Positions 36,401-48,849 of a DNA stretch of 64,000 bases are shown here, one piece after another. The DNA is taken from NCBI RefSeq assembly GCF_963921235.1, contig NC_086104.1, positions 118,172,001-118,236,000 of the forward strand. The letters are read 5' to 3'. The first letter of the stretch is position 1, and each line of letters starts with the position of its first letter. The position numbers and the translations under genes are program-made. This DNA is from Mobula hypostoma. Its lineage: Eukaryota. Under the pieces are notes generated by a model. It had not been told where the DNA came from and ran no database searches. It saw only the letters and a list, made by a program, of their open reading frames with translations.

Positions 36401-39265
36401 CATTAATCCCATGGCGTCGCTCTTTCCCCTGCACTTTATTTACACCAAATAGAAACCAATTAACCATCTGACTGGGATGTTCGAACACAACAGAGAGACT
36501 AGATGCCTCCTACCTGATGGTGACAGAGAGAAAAGGGCATGCCCTGGGTGCTGAAGGTCCTTAATAATGGACGCTGCCTTTCTGAGACACTGCTGCCTGA
36601 AGATGTCCTGGGTATTTTGTAGGCTAGTACGCAAGATCGAGCTGATTAGATTTACAACTCTCTGCAGCTTCATTCCGTCCTGTGCAGCAGCTCAACACCC
36701 CACCCCCATATCAGACAGTGATGCAGCCTGTCAGAATGCTCTCCACGTTACGACTATAGAAGTTTTTGAGTGTATTTGTTGACATCTCAAATCTCTTCAA
36801 ACTCCGAATGAAGTATCGCCACTGTCTTGCCTTCTTTATAACTGCATCAATATGTTGGGATCAGGTTAGATCCTCAGAGATCTTGACACCCAGGAACTTG
36901 AAACTGTTCACTTTCTCCACTACTCATCCCTCTATGAGGATTGGTGCATGTTCCTTCGTCTTACCCTTCCTAAAGTACGCAATCAATTCTTTCATCTTCC
37001 TGAAGTTGAGTGCCATGTTTTGCTGCGGCACCACTCCCCTCGTTGGCATATCGCACTCTTGTCTGCCCTCTCGTCACCATCTGAGATTCTACCAACAATA
37101 GGTATATCGTCAGGAAATTTATAGATGGTATTTGAGCTATGCCTAACCACACCTTCATGTTTATATGGAGAGTAGAACAGTTGGGTAAGCACATGCCCCT
37201 GAGGTGCGCCAGTGATGATCGTCAGCGAGTAGGATATGTTATCACCAATCCGCACAGATTGTGGTCCTTCGGTTCGGAATTCGAGGATTCAGCTGCAGAG
37301 GGAGGGACAGAGGCCCAGGTTCTGTAACTTCTCTATCAGAATCGTGGTAATTATCGGATTAAATGCTGAGCTATAGTCAATAAACAGCATCCTGATAGAG
37401 ATGTTTGTGTTGTCCAGGTGGTCTAAAGCCGTGTGGAGAGCCATTAAAATTGCGTCTGCCATTGACCTATTGTGGCGTTAGGCAAGTTACAAGGAGTCTA
37501 GGTCCTTGGTCAGGCAGGAGTTCAGTCTAGTCATAAACACCCTCTCAAAGCATTTCATCACTGACGATGTGAGTGCTACCCGCGATAGTCATTAAGACAG
37601 CTCACATTATTCTTATGAGGCACTGGTATAATTGTTGCCTTTTTGAAGCAAGTGGGAACTTCCGCCCGTAGCAGTGAGAAGTTGAAGATGTCCTTGAATA
37701 CTTCCGCTAATTGTTTGGCACAGGTATTCAGAGCCTTACCAGGTACCCAATCGGGACCTTACGCCTTTCGAGCGTTCACTCTCTTTAAAGACAGCCTAAT
37801 ATCAGCCTCTGAGACAGAGATCACAGGGTCATCAGGCGCAGCAGGGATGTTCATAACTTAGTCGTGTTCTCCCTTTCAAAGCGGGTACAGCAGGTGTTGA
37901 GTTCATCTGGTAGCGAAACATCGATGCCATTCATGCTGTTGGGTTTCGCTTTCTGGGAAGTTATGTCTTGCAAACCCTGCCGGAGTTGCCGTGCATCCGA
38001 TGTGGCCTCCAACGTCGTTCGAAATTGTCTCTTCGTCCTTGATATAGTCCACCTCAAATCATACCTGGTTTTCTCATATCGGCCTGGGGCGCCATACTTG
38101 AATGCCACCAATCTAGTCTTCAGCAGACTATAAACCTCCTGGTTCATTCACGGCTTTTGGTTTGGGGATCTACTGCAAGTCTTCTAGGCACACACTCATC
38201 CACACAGATTTTAATGAAGTCGGCAATGACTGCAGCATACTCATTCAGGTTCAAAGACGAATCGTTGAATACATTCCAGTCCAGCGATTCAAAGCAGTCC
38301 TGTAGCTGCTCCTGTGCTTCCCTTGTCCATACTTTCTTGGGCCTCTCTTCTGGTGCTGCAGTCTTCAGTTTCTAACTATACTCAGGGATGTTACGTAACC
38401 GGCAACAATGAATATCAATCGAGACAGGTTATATAAAAACAACCAAACATTTATCAAACACGGATAAACAATAAAAAAACAAACGAAAACCTTAACCGGA
38501 AGTTTATCGCTATGCGGCCGTTCAACGAATCGTCACTCGGCACTGGTTCTTAAAGCGTTAAATGCGAAAACAGTTCTTAAAGCGGTAACGTCAAACACAG
38601 TTCTTAAAATGGTAAATTCGAAAGTCCAACAGATTTATGCATCCAATTGGGAGAGACTTCTCTGGAGAAGGATTTCTTCATAGACGCGACGTTCCTGCTG
38701 GTTCTTTCCAAAGGATTCACGATGAAGGAAATAAATGGCTTAAAATAACTGACTTTAGTTTCCAGAGCGCAAATCCCGCAAGAACTTCCCTTATCTTTTG
38801 GCAAGAGTTATCAGCGATGCAGGTCGCTCCTTCTTCAACGAAGACTCAATAAGGTCGATCTTTTATTAAATTGCCGAACATACCCGATTTATTTTAATCC
38901 TTCATATCCTGTACTTCGATGAAGTCTTCAATCTCCAATACTGCTGGAAAAGGGTACATCAACACATCTAGCAAAAATTGCCAGTCCAGCACTTTTGTAC
39001 CTGGCAACAGAACGTAACTCTCCGTTTTAAAAAATGAAACTGCGTCATAAAAGCAAATACGCAACAGAAACGTAGACAGACTAACGTTCTAGCTGGAAAA
39101 TTAAAGACTAAACACTAAAATTTTACTGCGTCATCTGAGATCTTCCCTTATATACACGTAGTGAACATGTCCTCACGTGATCTCACATCGGCGGGAAAAC
39201 TATATCAGGTGACCTCCAAAAGACCTTTACATCATTCTCACAAGATCTCCTTGAGGTGTGTAACA

Positions 39266-39278
39266 CCTTCTTCCAAAA
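39266..39278 (-). promoter_or_regulatory. Polypurine tract of the Gmr1-like element
   Basis: The minus strand reads ttttggaagaagg immediately before the 3' LTR TGTTACA. Confidence 0.7.
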
Positions 39279-42200
39279 CTAAAAAAAAATGGTCTCCTGA
39301 AGAACAAAATTTTAACAATTAGCAATTTACACAAAGAAAATACAAAGGTATACAGTTTACTAAATACACAATATATAGACTTTTATCTTTCAGCACTTTA
39401 CCAGCTAACTTACAGCAAGAGTGTTTCAAATGTTAAAATTCCACTCCATTAAAAAAAAAATCAGTGTACATTTAACATCTGGATAGACAAGCATCGATCC
39501 AATTATCTTTGCCCTTAATATGAATGATGAAAATTTTGTACTTCTGTAACATTAAACTGCATTACTAAATTGGAGTTTAATTTCCTTAACCCTTTTTCTT
39601 AACAGTCACAGAGGCATGACCAAATTCACTTTTAGCTAAGTTAATAGTTAAGATAAATTTTGAAAGTCTCTCAAATAGTCTCTCCACCGCAGTAATACGT
39701 GTTTTCCACGTATTATTTCTATTAACTAAATCATCAATATAGGCATCTGTATCTTTTAATTCCTGAATCAAGCTAGCAAGCATCCTCTGAAAAGCACCTG
39801 GTGCATTCTCCATCCCAAATGGAAGAACATTATAAACATATAACCCAGATTGAGGTACAAATGCCGATATCACTCAACCTCTATCTGTCCAATGGAACAC
39901 ACCAATAACCTTTTAACAAATCAAGCTTTGTAAGGAATTTGGCTTGTCCAACTTTATCCACACAATCATCTACGCTAGGGATTGGATATGCATCATTTTT
40001 TTTCACAGCATTCACTTTCCTGTAATCTGTACAAAACCTAATACTATTGTCTAGCTTCGGCACCATAACAGACGGTGAACTCCAATTCGAATTAGAATGT
40101 CTAATAATATCATTCTCTAACATATACTTAATCTCTTGTTCCACAAGGTCACATTTTTCCCTGTTCATTCGATATGGATGTTGTTTTATGGGTTTTGCAT
40201 CTCCAACATCTACATCATGTGTAGCTACGGTGGTTCTTCTAGGGACGACTGGAAATAAATGTCTATATTTAAAAATTAACTGTTTCATCTGCTCTCTCTC
40301 TGCTCTGGCTGCAAATGAGCTGATTTTACATCAATATTTTCGAGAATTTTTGAAGTTGGTAACCTAGCTGGAATAATGTTTGGTTTAAAATGAGTTTCAC
40401 ATGAATCATCCATTAAGTTTTTATCAAGATCAGATTCATTATTGATCACAACAGTCATAGTAGCAGCATTTATCTCATCATATGGGGTTCTCATGTTTAT
40501 ATGACACAGCTGTGTTGTCTTTCTTCGATTTGTTTTTTTTTTGTTTTTTTTTAACCACGTAATCCACATCATTTATTTTAAATTTAATATCATAAGGACC
40601 GTGACATTTAGCTTGTAATGGGTTCGTTAGCACCGGAAAAAGAACCAACACGTTATCTCCAGACTTAAATGACCTCATCCTAGCTTCCTTATCATACCAA
40701 GTCTTCATCTTCTCTTGAGCTAATTTTATTTTTTCTTTTGCCAAGCTACAAGCTTTGTATAATATTTCCTTAAATTTTAAAACATAATCTAGCAGGTAAG
40801 TGTGTACCTCTTTATTAATCCACTGTTCCTTCAACAAGGCTAAAGGTCCTCGAACTCTATGCCCAAACACAAGTTCAAAAGGACTAAAATCTAATGATTC
40901 CTGTACTGCCTCTCTTACTGTAAAAAGTATTAAATGTATACCTTCAGGACAGTCCTTTTCATTTTCCATGCAATATGTCCAAATCATACTTTTTAATGTA
41001 GAATGAAATCTCTCCAAGGTTGCCTGTGATTCTGGGTGATAAACTGATGAAATAATCTGTTTTGCTCCCAGTTTATAGACTATCTGCTGAAACAATCCAG
41101 ACATGAAATTACAACCTTTGATCCGATTGAATTTCCATTGGTAACCCAAAACAAGTAAAGAAGTTTATAACAGCCTTTGTCACAGTTCTGGCTACTGTAT
41201 TCCTTAGAGGTACTGCCTCTGGAAACCTTGATGCTGTGCACCTGATAGTTAACAAATATTGATGTCCAGTTTTAGCTGTTGGCAAAGGGCCGACACAGTC
41301 TACAATCATTTTTGAAAACTGCTCACCAAATCCTGGAATTGGATGCAGTGGGGCCACTGGAGTAACTTGATTAGGTTTACCCACAATTTGTCACGTATTA
41401 CACGTTCTACAAAATGTCGCCACATCTTTTCTTAACCTAGGCCAATAAAAATGTTTAGAAACCTTGTTCATAGTTTTCTTTAAACATTAATGACCACCCA
41501 AAGAAATACGATGAGCCATAGTTAAAATCTCACATAGATATATTTTAGGAACTCCTATCTGATGATTAACTTCTCGTTCTTCACCAGCAGGAATTGTAGG
41601 CGATCTCTACTTTCTCATTAATCCTCCCTTTTCAAAATAATATCCTACTGGTATTTTTTCAATTTCACTATCTGAAAGAGCTTGATCCTTTAATTAATCT
41701 ATCTCAGGATCTCTATCCTGCTCTGCTATCATCTCCTTCCGAGATAAAGACAAATCTTCCTGGTCAGACTTACCACCAAAATCCTGGTCAATTAATGTTG
41801 GTAAGAAAGTTTCTGACGCATCCTCAGAATTCGAATCTTGAATTGAATAGTCATGGTTAACAACCTCATCCTGTACATCAATATTTTAAGCCATAGCTCT
41901 TGTTACAACACAGGAAGAATCTGTGTTAGAATCCATCTGTGGTTCCTCAGAGTTAGGATTTATTGTCAAATGCGCTTCAGGAAAAACTTGTCTACCTGCT
42001 AAATCATTCCCTAACAAAAGAGAAACATCATTCACAGGTAATCTGGATTGAAGTCCAACTTTAACAACCCCTGTAACTAACCCTGACCTTAAATTTACTC
42101 TGCGTAAATGTACTGGCATAAGGTCACTCCCAACTTCTCTTATATAATCTCACTCATTAGTGTGAGACTCATCACTAAACTTTAGCACACTGTCTAATAT

Positions 42201-43680
42201 TGGTGATTGAGAAGCTCCAGTATCTCTAAGTATTCTTATTGGTACGGAATTGGACCCTTCTTTCAAGGATACCAATCCTCCTATTATAAAAATGTCATAT
42301 CTGTTCTTAACTTGTCCAGACACTGACACATCTTCATTAGTATTTATCAAACTCTGTGAATTTACAGGTGTTTCAATATGTTGCACACATGCATCTGCGA
42401 CGGCTTCTTTCTCTTTTATTTTTCAATCGAAAGCAGTTAGCTACTACATGTCGAGGTTTCATACAATAATTACAAATAATACCAAATTGTCTTTTCTTCA
42501 CATGTCTCCCTTCATCCTTACTTTTCTCACTAACTTCAGATTTAATTTCAGGTTTACCTTGACTCTCTGTGCTATTTTTCCTTTTAAAATTTCTACCTGG
42601 AGAAAATTTATTCTTATGAATTAAAGCATATTCATCAGCTAACTTCGCAGTCTCCTGCAATGTAGCAGTGTCTCTTTCATTTAAGTATGTTCTCACTTCA
42701 ACAGAACCGTTTCTTCTAAATTCCTCCAGTAAAATCAACTCTTTTAATTTATTATACTCCCCATTCACATTTTTAGAGGAAACCCATCTCTCAAAACACA
42801 CAGATTTCTCCAAGGCAAATTTCACATAAGTTTTTGTTTTCCACAGATTTCTTCAAATTTCTGTATCTTTCCCGAAACCAACTCATATGCCTTTAACATA
42901 TGCTGTTTAACAAAATCATAATCCAGTGCTTGCTCAGCAGTTAAAGCTGCATAAACTTGTTGTGCCTTGACTTTAATTAAACTTTGTAACATCACTGGCC
43001 ATTGCTCTTTCGGCCACCCTAAACTCAGAGCAATAGTTTCGAAATGCTGGAAATATTTGTCCACTTCAGCTTCATTAAATGGAGGAGCCAAAATAACCTC
43101 ACGAATAGCAATAAACTGTTTCTTAGAACCAGAAGACTGATTTCCCCTCCTTAATTTCTCCATCCCTAACTCAAATTTCTTCTGGTTTCCAGCTTCACTT
43201 TCTTTAAATTCCCTTACTTTACTTTCCTCTCTTTCTTTAAATTCCATTAATTTATTTGCCTCTCTTTCATCAAATTCCCTTTTTTTTTATTAGTCTCTCT
43301 TTCGGCCATTTCCGCTTTAAATCTTTCAAACTTTATCTGTTCAAGACGTAACTGCATTTCCAGATTACTCTTTGGAAACCTACCTAACACATCATCATCA
43401 AACGTTTTCAAACGGATATAATGTTCAGCGATTTTCCTTTGTATTAAAACCTTTGAGGTATTCTTCGTAATTCCCTTAATATCCAACTTCCTAGCAATCT
43501 CCAACACCTCAGGTTTTCACGCATTCATTAAAAACACCAGGTCAGGCGTGTCCATAAACTCGTCACATTCATTGCTGCCGAATGCCACTCACACACCAAC
43601 CGAACCAAAAAAAAAACGGGTATATCCCTTATCCAAATCAGAATGACAATTACCAGCACTTAAACTCAAAATCGAAACAT

Positions 43681-43696
43681 ATCCCGGACGCCCCCA
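43681..43696 (-). promoter_or_regulatory. Damaged tRNA-Pro primer-binding site of the Gmr1-like element
   Basis: TGGGGGCGTCCGGGAT versus canonical TGGGGGCTCGTCCGGGAT (2-nt deletion); offset from the LTR by an atttgtgg duplication. Confidence 0.75.
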
Positions 43697-46429
43697 CAAA
43701 TCCACAAATATGTTACGTAACTGGCAAAAATGAATATCAATTGAGACAGGTTATATAAAAACAACCAAACATTTATTAAACACGGATAAACAATAAAAAA
43801 AAAACAATCTAAAACCTTAACCGGGAGTTAACAGCTATGCGACCGTTCAAGGAATCGTCACTGGTTCTTAAAGCGTTAAATGCGAAAACAGTTCTTAAAG
43901 CGGTAACATCAAACACATTACTTAAAATGGTGAATTCGAAAGTCCAAAAGAATTATACATTCAATTGGGAGAGGCCTCTCTGGAGAAGGATTTCTTCATA
44001 GACACGACTTTCCTGCTGGTTCTGTCCAAAGGATTCACGATGAAGGAAATAAACGGCTTAAAACAACTGACTTTAGTTTCTAGAGAGCAAATCCCGCATG
44101 AAATTCCTTGCTCTTTTGCCAAGAGCTTTTCACGATGCAGGTCGCTCTTTCTTCAATGAAGACTCAATAAGGTCGATCCTTTATTAAATTGCCGAACATT
44201 CCTGACTTATTTTAATCCTTCATGTCCTGCACTTCGGTCAAGTCTTCACTCTCCATTACTGCTGGAAAAAGGTACATCAGCATATCTAGCAAAAATTGCC
44301 AGTCCAACACTATTGTACCTTGCAACAGAACGTAACACGCCGTTTTAAGACATGAAGCTGCGTCATAAAAACAACTACGCAACAGAAACGGAGACAGGCT
44401 AACGTTCTAACTGGAAAACTAAAAACTAAAAGCTAAAAACTAACCGCGTCAGCTGAGATCTTCCCTTATATACACGTGGTGAACATGTCCTCACGTGACC
44501 TCATATCGGCGGGAAAACTACACCAGGTGACCTCTAAAAGACCATTACATCATTCTCACAAGATGTAACAGGAGTCGAAGTACAGCCCAGTGATCAGACT
44601 TCCCGAAGTAAGGGTGTGGAATAGCACGGTAGGCATTCGTGATTGTGGTGTAGCAATGCTCCAGTGTGTTGTTTATTCGGGTGCTGCAAGTGACCTGTTG
44701 GTGGTAATTGCATAGTGATTTTTATTTCAGACTGGCCCGGTTAACCAGGATTCGGTGAAACAAAGGACACACGCGGTCCTAACGTCCCTCTGATTCCGCA
44801 CGTTTGCCAACAAGATAGTCAGGATAGGGAGTTTAAAAATCTGTTTCCTTAAACATACTTGTATCGCCGCTCTGCATCCGCGCTTCCTCCGAGGTATGCT
44901 ACGCAGGTGCTTCCGGCCACATCGGTGCTGTTTCCGTCAGTGATAAGCAGCGATGCTTCGTTTAAACGCATTAAGACATCTTGGTTGACTGTATTGATAC
45001 TGGAAACAGTTGTGCTTTTTAGCTGCACCAGGCTGAAACGGGTATATTTAATCGTATGCATTGAGGGTACTGCTGCTACTTGAGTCGCTCCGAGGCACCC
45101 CGGACGTCGTTCATTGTTTCGGGTCTAACTGAGAACGCACTGGTGATGAAGTAGCGATTTGAGGGACTCTTCTCGGGGATTCCCTCAGCCGGGTTCACGG
45201 GACAGGAAAAGAGTGAACACAACGGTTTGGCCCCTGGGCTACTCTTGCGGTCACTGCAATCATCGGACTTCAAAGACTTCCTGCATTTCCACTCTCACCA
45301 ATCAAACGTCGACACATTCTGTGACTTTCAGTCCATACATCATATAACATAGGTATGCAGCTCCGAATCAGGCCCTTCAGCCCATCTCTTTCATGTTCGC
45401 TTAACCTTTGACATTCATGAACTTGTTAAAAATGCACTCTTGTACCCACATCTGCCACTTCCTCTGGAAGCTCGTATAATATTCAAAACACCTGCTGCGT
45501 GAAACAATTGCGGCCGAGGCCTTCTTAATACGTCCTTCCTAACCTTAACTCTATGCAGTCGTATTTAAGGACTCAAGTGCATCCACCCCTAACACTTCCC
45601 TAACATATAGAAACAATATAAACATTGAAACACACACACAAGCACGTAGACATGGGTGATGTCTGGGATTATTCGCATTATCTTTGCCCCTCATTAATTT
45701 GTAAAACTTTATAAGGTCACTGCACTACCTCTTTTCTCCCAGTGAAAATAATCCCAGATTTTCCAATCTCTCCACATAACTCTAACCCTCCAGTCTTGGT
45801 CCATCACTTCCATGTAACTTTTCCTGATTAACCGTGTCCCTACTATACCTGAGTAATCAGAATGATGCACAATATCTTCGAATACATGAAACTACACAAA
45901 AACAGGCCAGTCGACCCATCATTTCGCAACCGACCACAATGTCTAGTTCAACTTCACACCTACCTGTAGACTGTTTCTATGCTTTCATTCCCTTCCTGTT
46001 CGTGGGCTTGTCCAAATGCCCCTCAGATATATCTATTGTACTTCCTTCCACCCCTTTCGTGGAAGTACTTTCGTTGCCTACCGCAGTCCCTGGAAATAAA
46101 CGTTCCCTGCAAATCTCCTTTGAACGTTCCGGTTTTTTAATCCAGTGCTTCAGTTTTGCATCATCTGCCCTGCCCTTATCAACCATTTTTTTCAGCCAAT
46201 AGAAGTCATCGTGTATGTAAGACGTGACGTACTTCCACACAAAGCCATGTTGAACGCCTGTGCTTGTACCTAAGTGAGCGGATCTTATCCCGAGGAAACT
46301 TCTGTAAAGTTATCCCATGATGATCTCAAGTCACCGGCCTAAAACTTCCACTTTGACGCTGTTTCACTTCTCAAACATTAAGACATTGTCTGGAGCCAGT
46401 GAACGGAGGAAATGAAGGAAATTCACATT

Positions 46430-47000
46430 AGGCAGAAATGGTGGTGGATAGACATTTTAATTCCATGTACCATTCCCCTTCTGATATGTCTATCCACGGC
46501 CTCCTCGACTGTAAAGATGAAGCCACGCTCAGATTGGAGGAACAACACCTTATATTCCGTCTGTGTAGTCTCCAACCTGATGGCACGAACATTGACTTCT
46601 CAAACTTCCGCTAATTCCCCACCTCCAACTCGTACCCCATACATTATTTATTTATATACACACATTATTTATCTCTCACCGCTTTTTCTCCCTCTGTCCC
46701 TCTCACTATACCCCTTGCCCATCCTCTGGGCTTCACCGTTCCCCCTATCATTCTCCTTAAGCCTCCTGTCCCATGATCACTCATATCACTTTTGCCAATC
46801 AACTGTCCAGCTCTTGGCTCCATCCCTCTCCCTCCTGTCTTCTCCTATCATTTCGGATCTCACCCTCCCCATCCCACTTTCAAATCTCTTACTAACTCTT
46901 CTTTCAGTTAGTCCTGACGAAGGGTCTCGGCCCGAAACGTCGACTATAACTCTTCCTGGCCTGGCCTGCTACTTTCACCAGCAACTTTTATGTGTGTTGC
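46430..47000 (+). mobile_element. Penelope 3' tail and terminal repeat
   Basis: ctcagattggaggaacaacaccttatattccgtctg..ctccaacctgatggcacgaacattgacttctc, then a pyrimidine tract and the hammerhead motif. Confidence 0.88.
46909..46946 (+). ncRNA. Minimal type-I hammerhead ribozyme motif (Penelope type)
   Basis: UAGUC-CUGACGA-A-GGGU(CUCG)GCCC-GAAA-C-GUC/GACUA: intact core, stem II, helix I pairing UAGUC/GACUA and the palindromic ACGU in place of helix III. Confidence 0.8.
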
Positions 47001-47009
47001 TTGTATAGA

Positions 47010-48588
47010 CTTATGGGACTGAAGGCTGCTAAATCCCAGGGCCTGATAGTCTGCATCCCAGGGTACTTAAGGAGGTGGCTCTAGAAATCCTGGAAGCATT
47101 GGTAATCATTTCCCAACGTTCAATAGATTCATGATCTGTTCCTGTGGATTGGAGGGTAGCTAATGTTATCCCACTTTTTAAGAAAGGAGGGAGAGTGAAA
47201 ACAGGGAATTATAGACCAGTTAGCCTGACATCAGTGGTGGGTAAGATGCTGGAGTCAGCTATAAATGATGAAATATCGGCACATTTGGATAGCAGTAACA
47301 GGATCGGTCCAAGCCAACATGGATTTACGAAGGGGAAATCATGCTTGACTAATCTTCTGGAATTTGTTGAGGATGTAACTATGAAAATATACAAGGTAGA
47401 GACAGTGGATGTAGTGTAACTGGACTTTCAAAAAGCCTTTGATAAGGTCCCACAAGGAGATTAGTGGTCCAAATTGTACCACATGGTATTGGGGGTAGGG
47501 TACTGATATGGATAAAAAATTGGTTGGTAGACAGGAAACAAAAAGCAGGGATTAACAGGTCCCTTTCAGAATGGCAGGCAGTGACTCGCGTGGTACATCA
47601 AGGCTCGGCGTTAGGACCGAAGCTACTTACAATATACATTAGTGATTTAGATGAAGGGATTAAAAGTAATATTAGCAAATTTGCAGATGACGCAAAGCTG
47701 GGTGGCAGTGTGAAATGTGCGGAGCATGTTATGAGAATGCAGGGTGATTTGGACAGGTTGGGTGAGTGGGCAGATGTATGGCAGATGCAGTTTAATGTGG
47801 ATAAATGTGAGGTTATCGACTTTTGTGGCAAGAACAGGAGGGCAAATTACTATCTGAATGGTATCAAGTTAGGAAAAGGGGAAGTACAACGAGATCCAGC
47901 TGTCTTTGTTCATCAGTTACTGAAAGTAAGCATGCAGGTACAGCAGGCAGTGAATAATGCTAATGCCATGTTGGCCTTCATAACAAGGGGAGTTGAGTAT
48001 AGGAGCAAAAGTTCCTTCTGCAGTTCTGCAGTGCCCTGGTGAGACAACACCTGGAGTATTGTGCGCAGTTTTGGTCTCCAAATTTGAGGAAGGACATTCT
48101 TCTATTGAGGGAGTGCAGCGTAGGTGCACGAGGTTAATTCCCGGGATGGTGTGACTGTCTTGTGTTGAAAGACTGGAGCGACTGGTCTTGTATACACTGG
48201 AATTTAGACGTATGAGGGAGGGTCTGATTGACACATATAAGATTATTAAGGGATTGGACACGCTAGAAGCAGGAAACATGTTCCCCATATTGGGGCAGTT
48301 CAGAACCAGAGGCCACCGATTAAGAATAAGGAGTAGGCCATCTAGAACGGAGTTGAGGAAAAACGTTTTCACTCAGAGAGTTGTGGATCTATGGAATGCT
48401 CTGCCTCAGAAGGCAGTGGAGGCCAATTCTCTGGATGCTTTCCAGAAAGAGCTCTTAAAGATATGGGGAGAAGACAGGAACGGGTTACTCATTGTGGATG
48501 ATCAGCTATGATCACAGTGAATGGCGGTGCTGACTCGAAGGGCCTAATGGCCTACTCCTGCACCTATTGTCTATTGTCTATTGTCTAT
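47010..48588 (+). mobile_element. CR1 ORF2 RT to 3' end, (CTATTGT)n tail
   Basis: ORFs 47144-47419, 47464-48042 and 48188-48511 carry CR1 RT motifs (NYRPVSLTS, ISKFADD). Confidence 0.95.
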
Positions 48589-48849
48589 GCAACATTATTC
48601 AATCTATACACATCACCTAGCCTATGCATCAACAACCAAACTGTCTGTCATCTTCCAGTCTGTACAATATGGCCCCCTCTATTGATCACACTGTTTACAC
48701 ATCACCCAGTTATTCATCATCATCACAGTCTATATACTATCACCCGGTCACTGCAGCACCCAGTCTATATATCATCAGGTCTAAATAACACCGCCCGGTT
48801 TATACATCACCCTTTCGCAGCGGGCTGCAATCAGCGCGGAGCCAATTAA

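Larger units (their letters stand above)
38389..44570 (-). mobile_element. Gmr1-like Ty3/Gypsy LTR retrotransposon, non-autonomous (frameshifts; RNase H largely deleted)
   Basis: Direct LTRs 38389-39265 and 43711-44570 (TG...CA). Domains in order: gag with CCHC knuckle (CNYCMKPRHVVANC), protease (RDTGAS), integrase (VDCVGP..QSDQ..YHPESQATLER), then RT (PYR..WSSP..RFCTDYRKVN..LPFG..YIDD). Confidence 0.93.
36440..45300 (-). mobile_element. Rex1/Babar LINE, near full length, interrupted by the LTR element at 38389-44570
   Basis: TGAPQG..SSNTIYKF.DD RT motifs at about 37000-37250, the NQEV..LLK.R..AF..RYDL motif, and the APE part resuming at 44571 in continuity with 38388. Confidence 0.88.

Noticed and set aside
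46412-47008. 198-aa hydrophobic ORF
   Set aside because: It reads through the pyrimidine-rich Penelope tail, so Leu/Ser/Pro richness is compositional.
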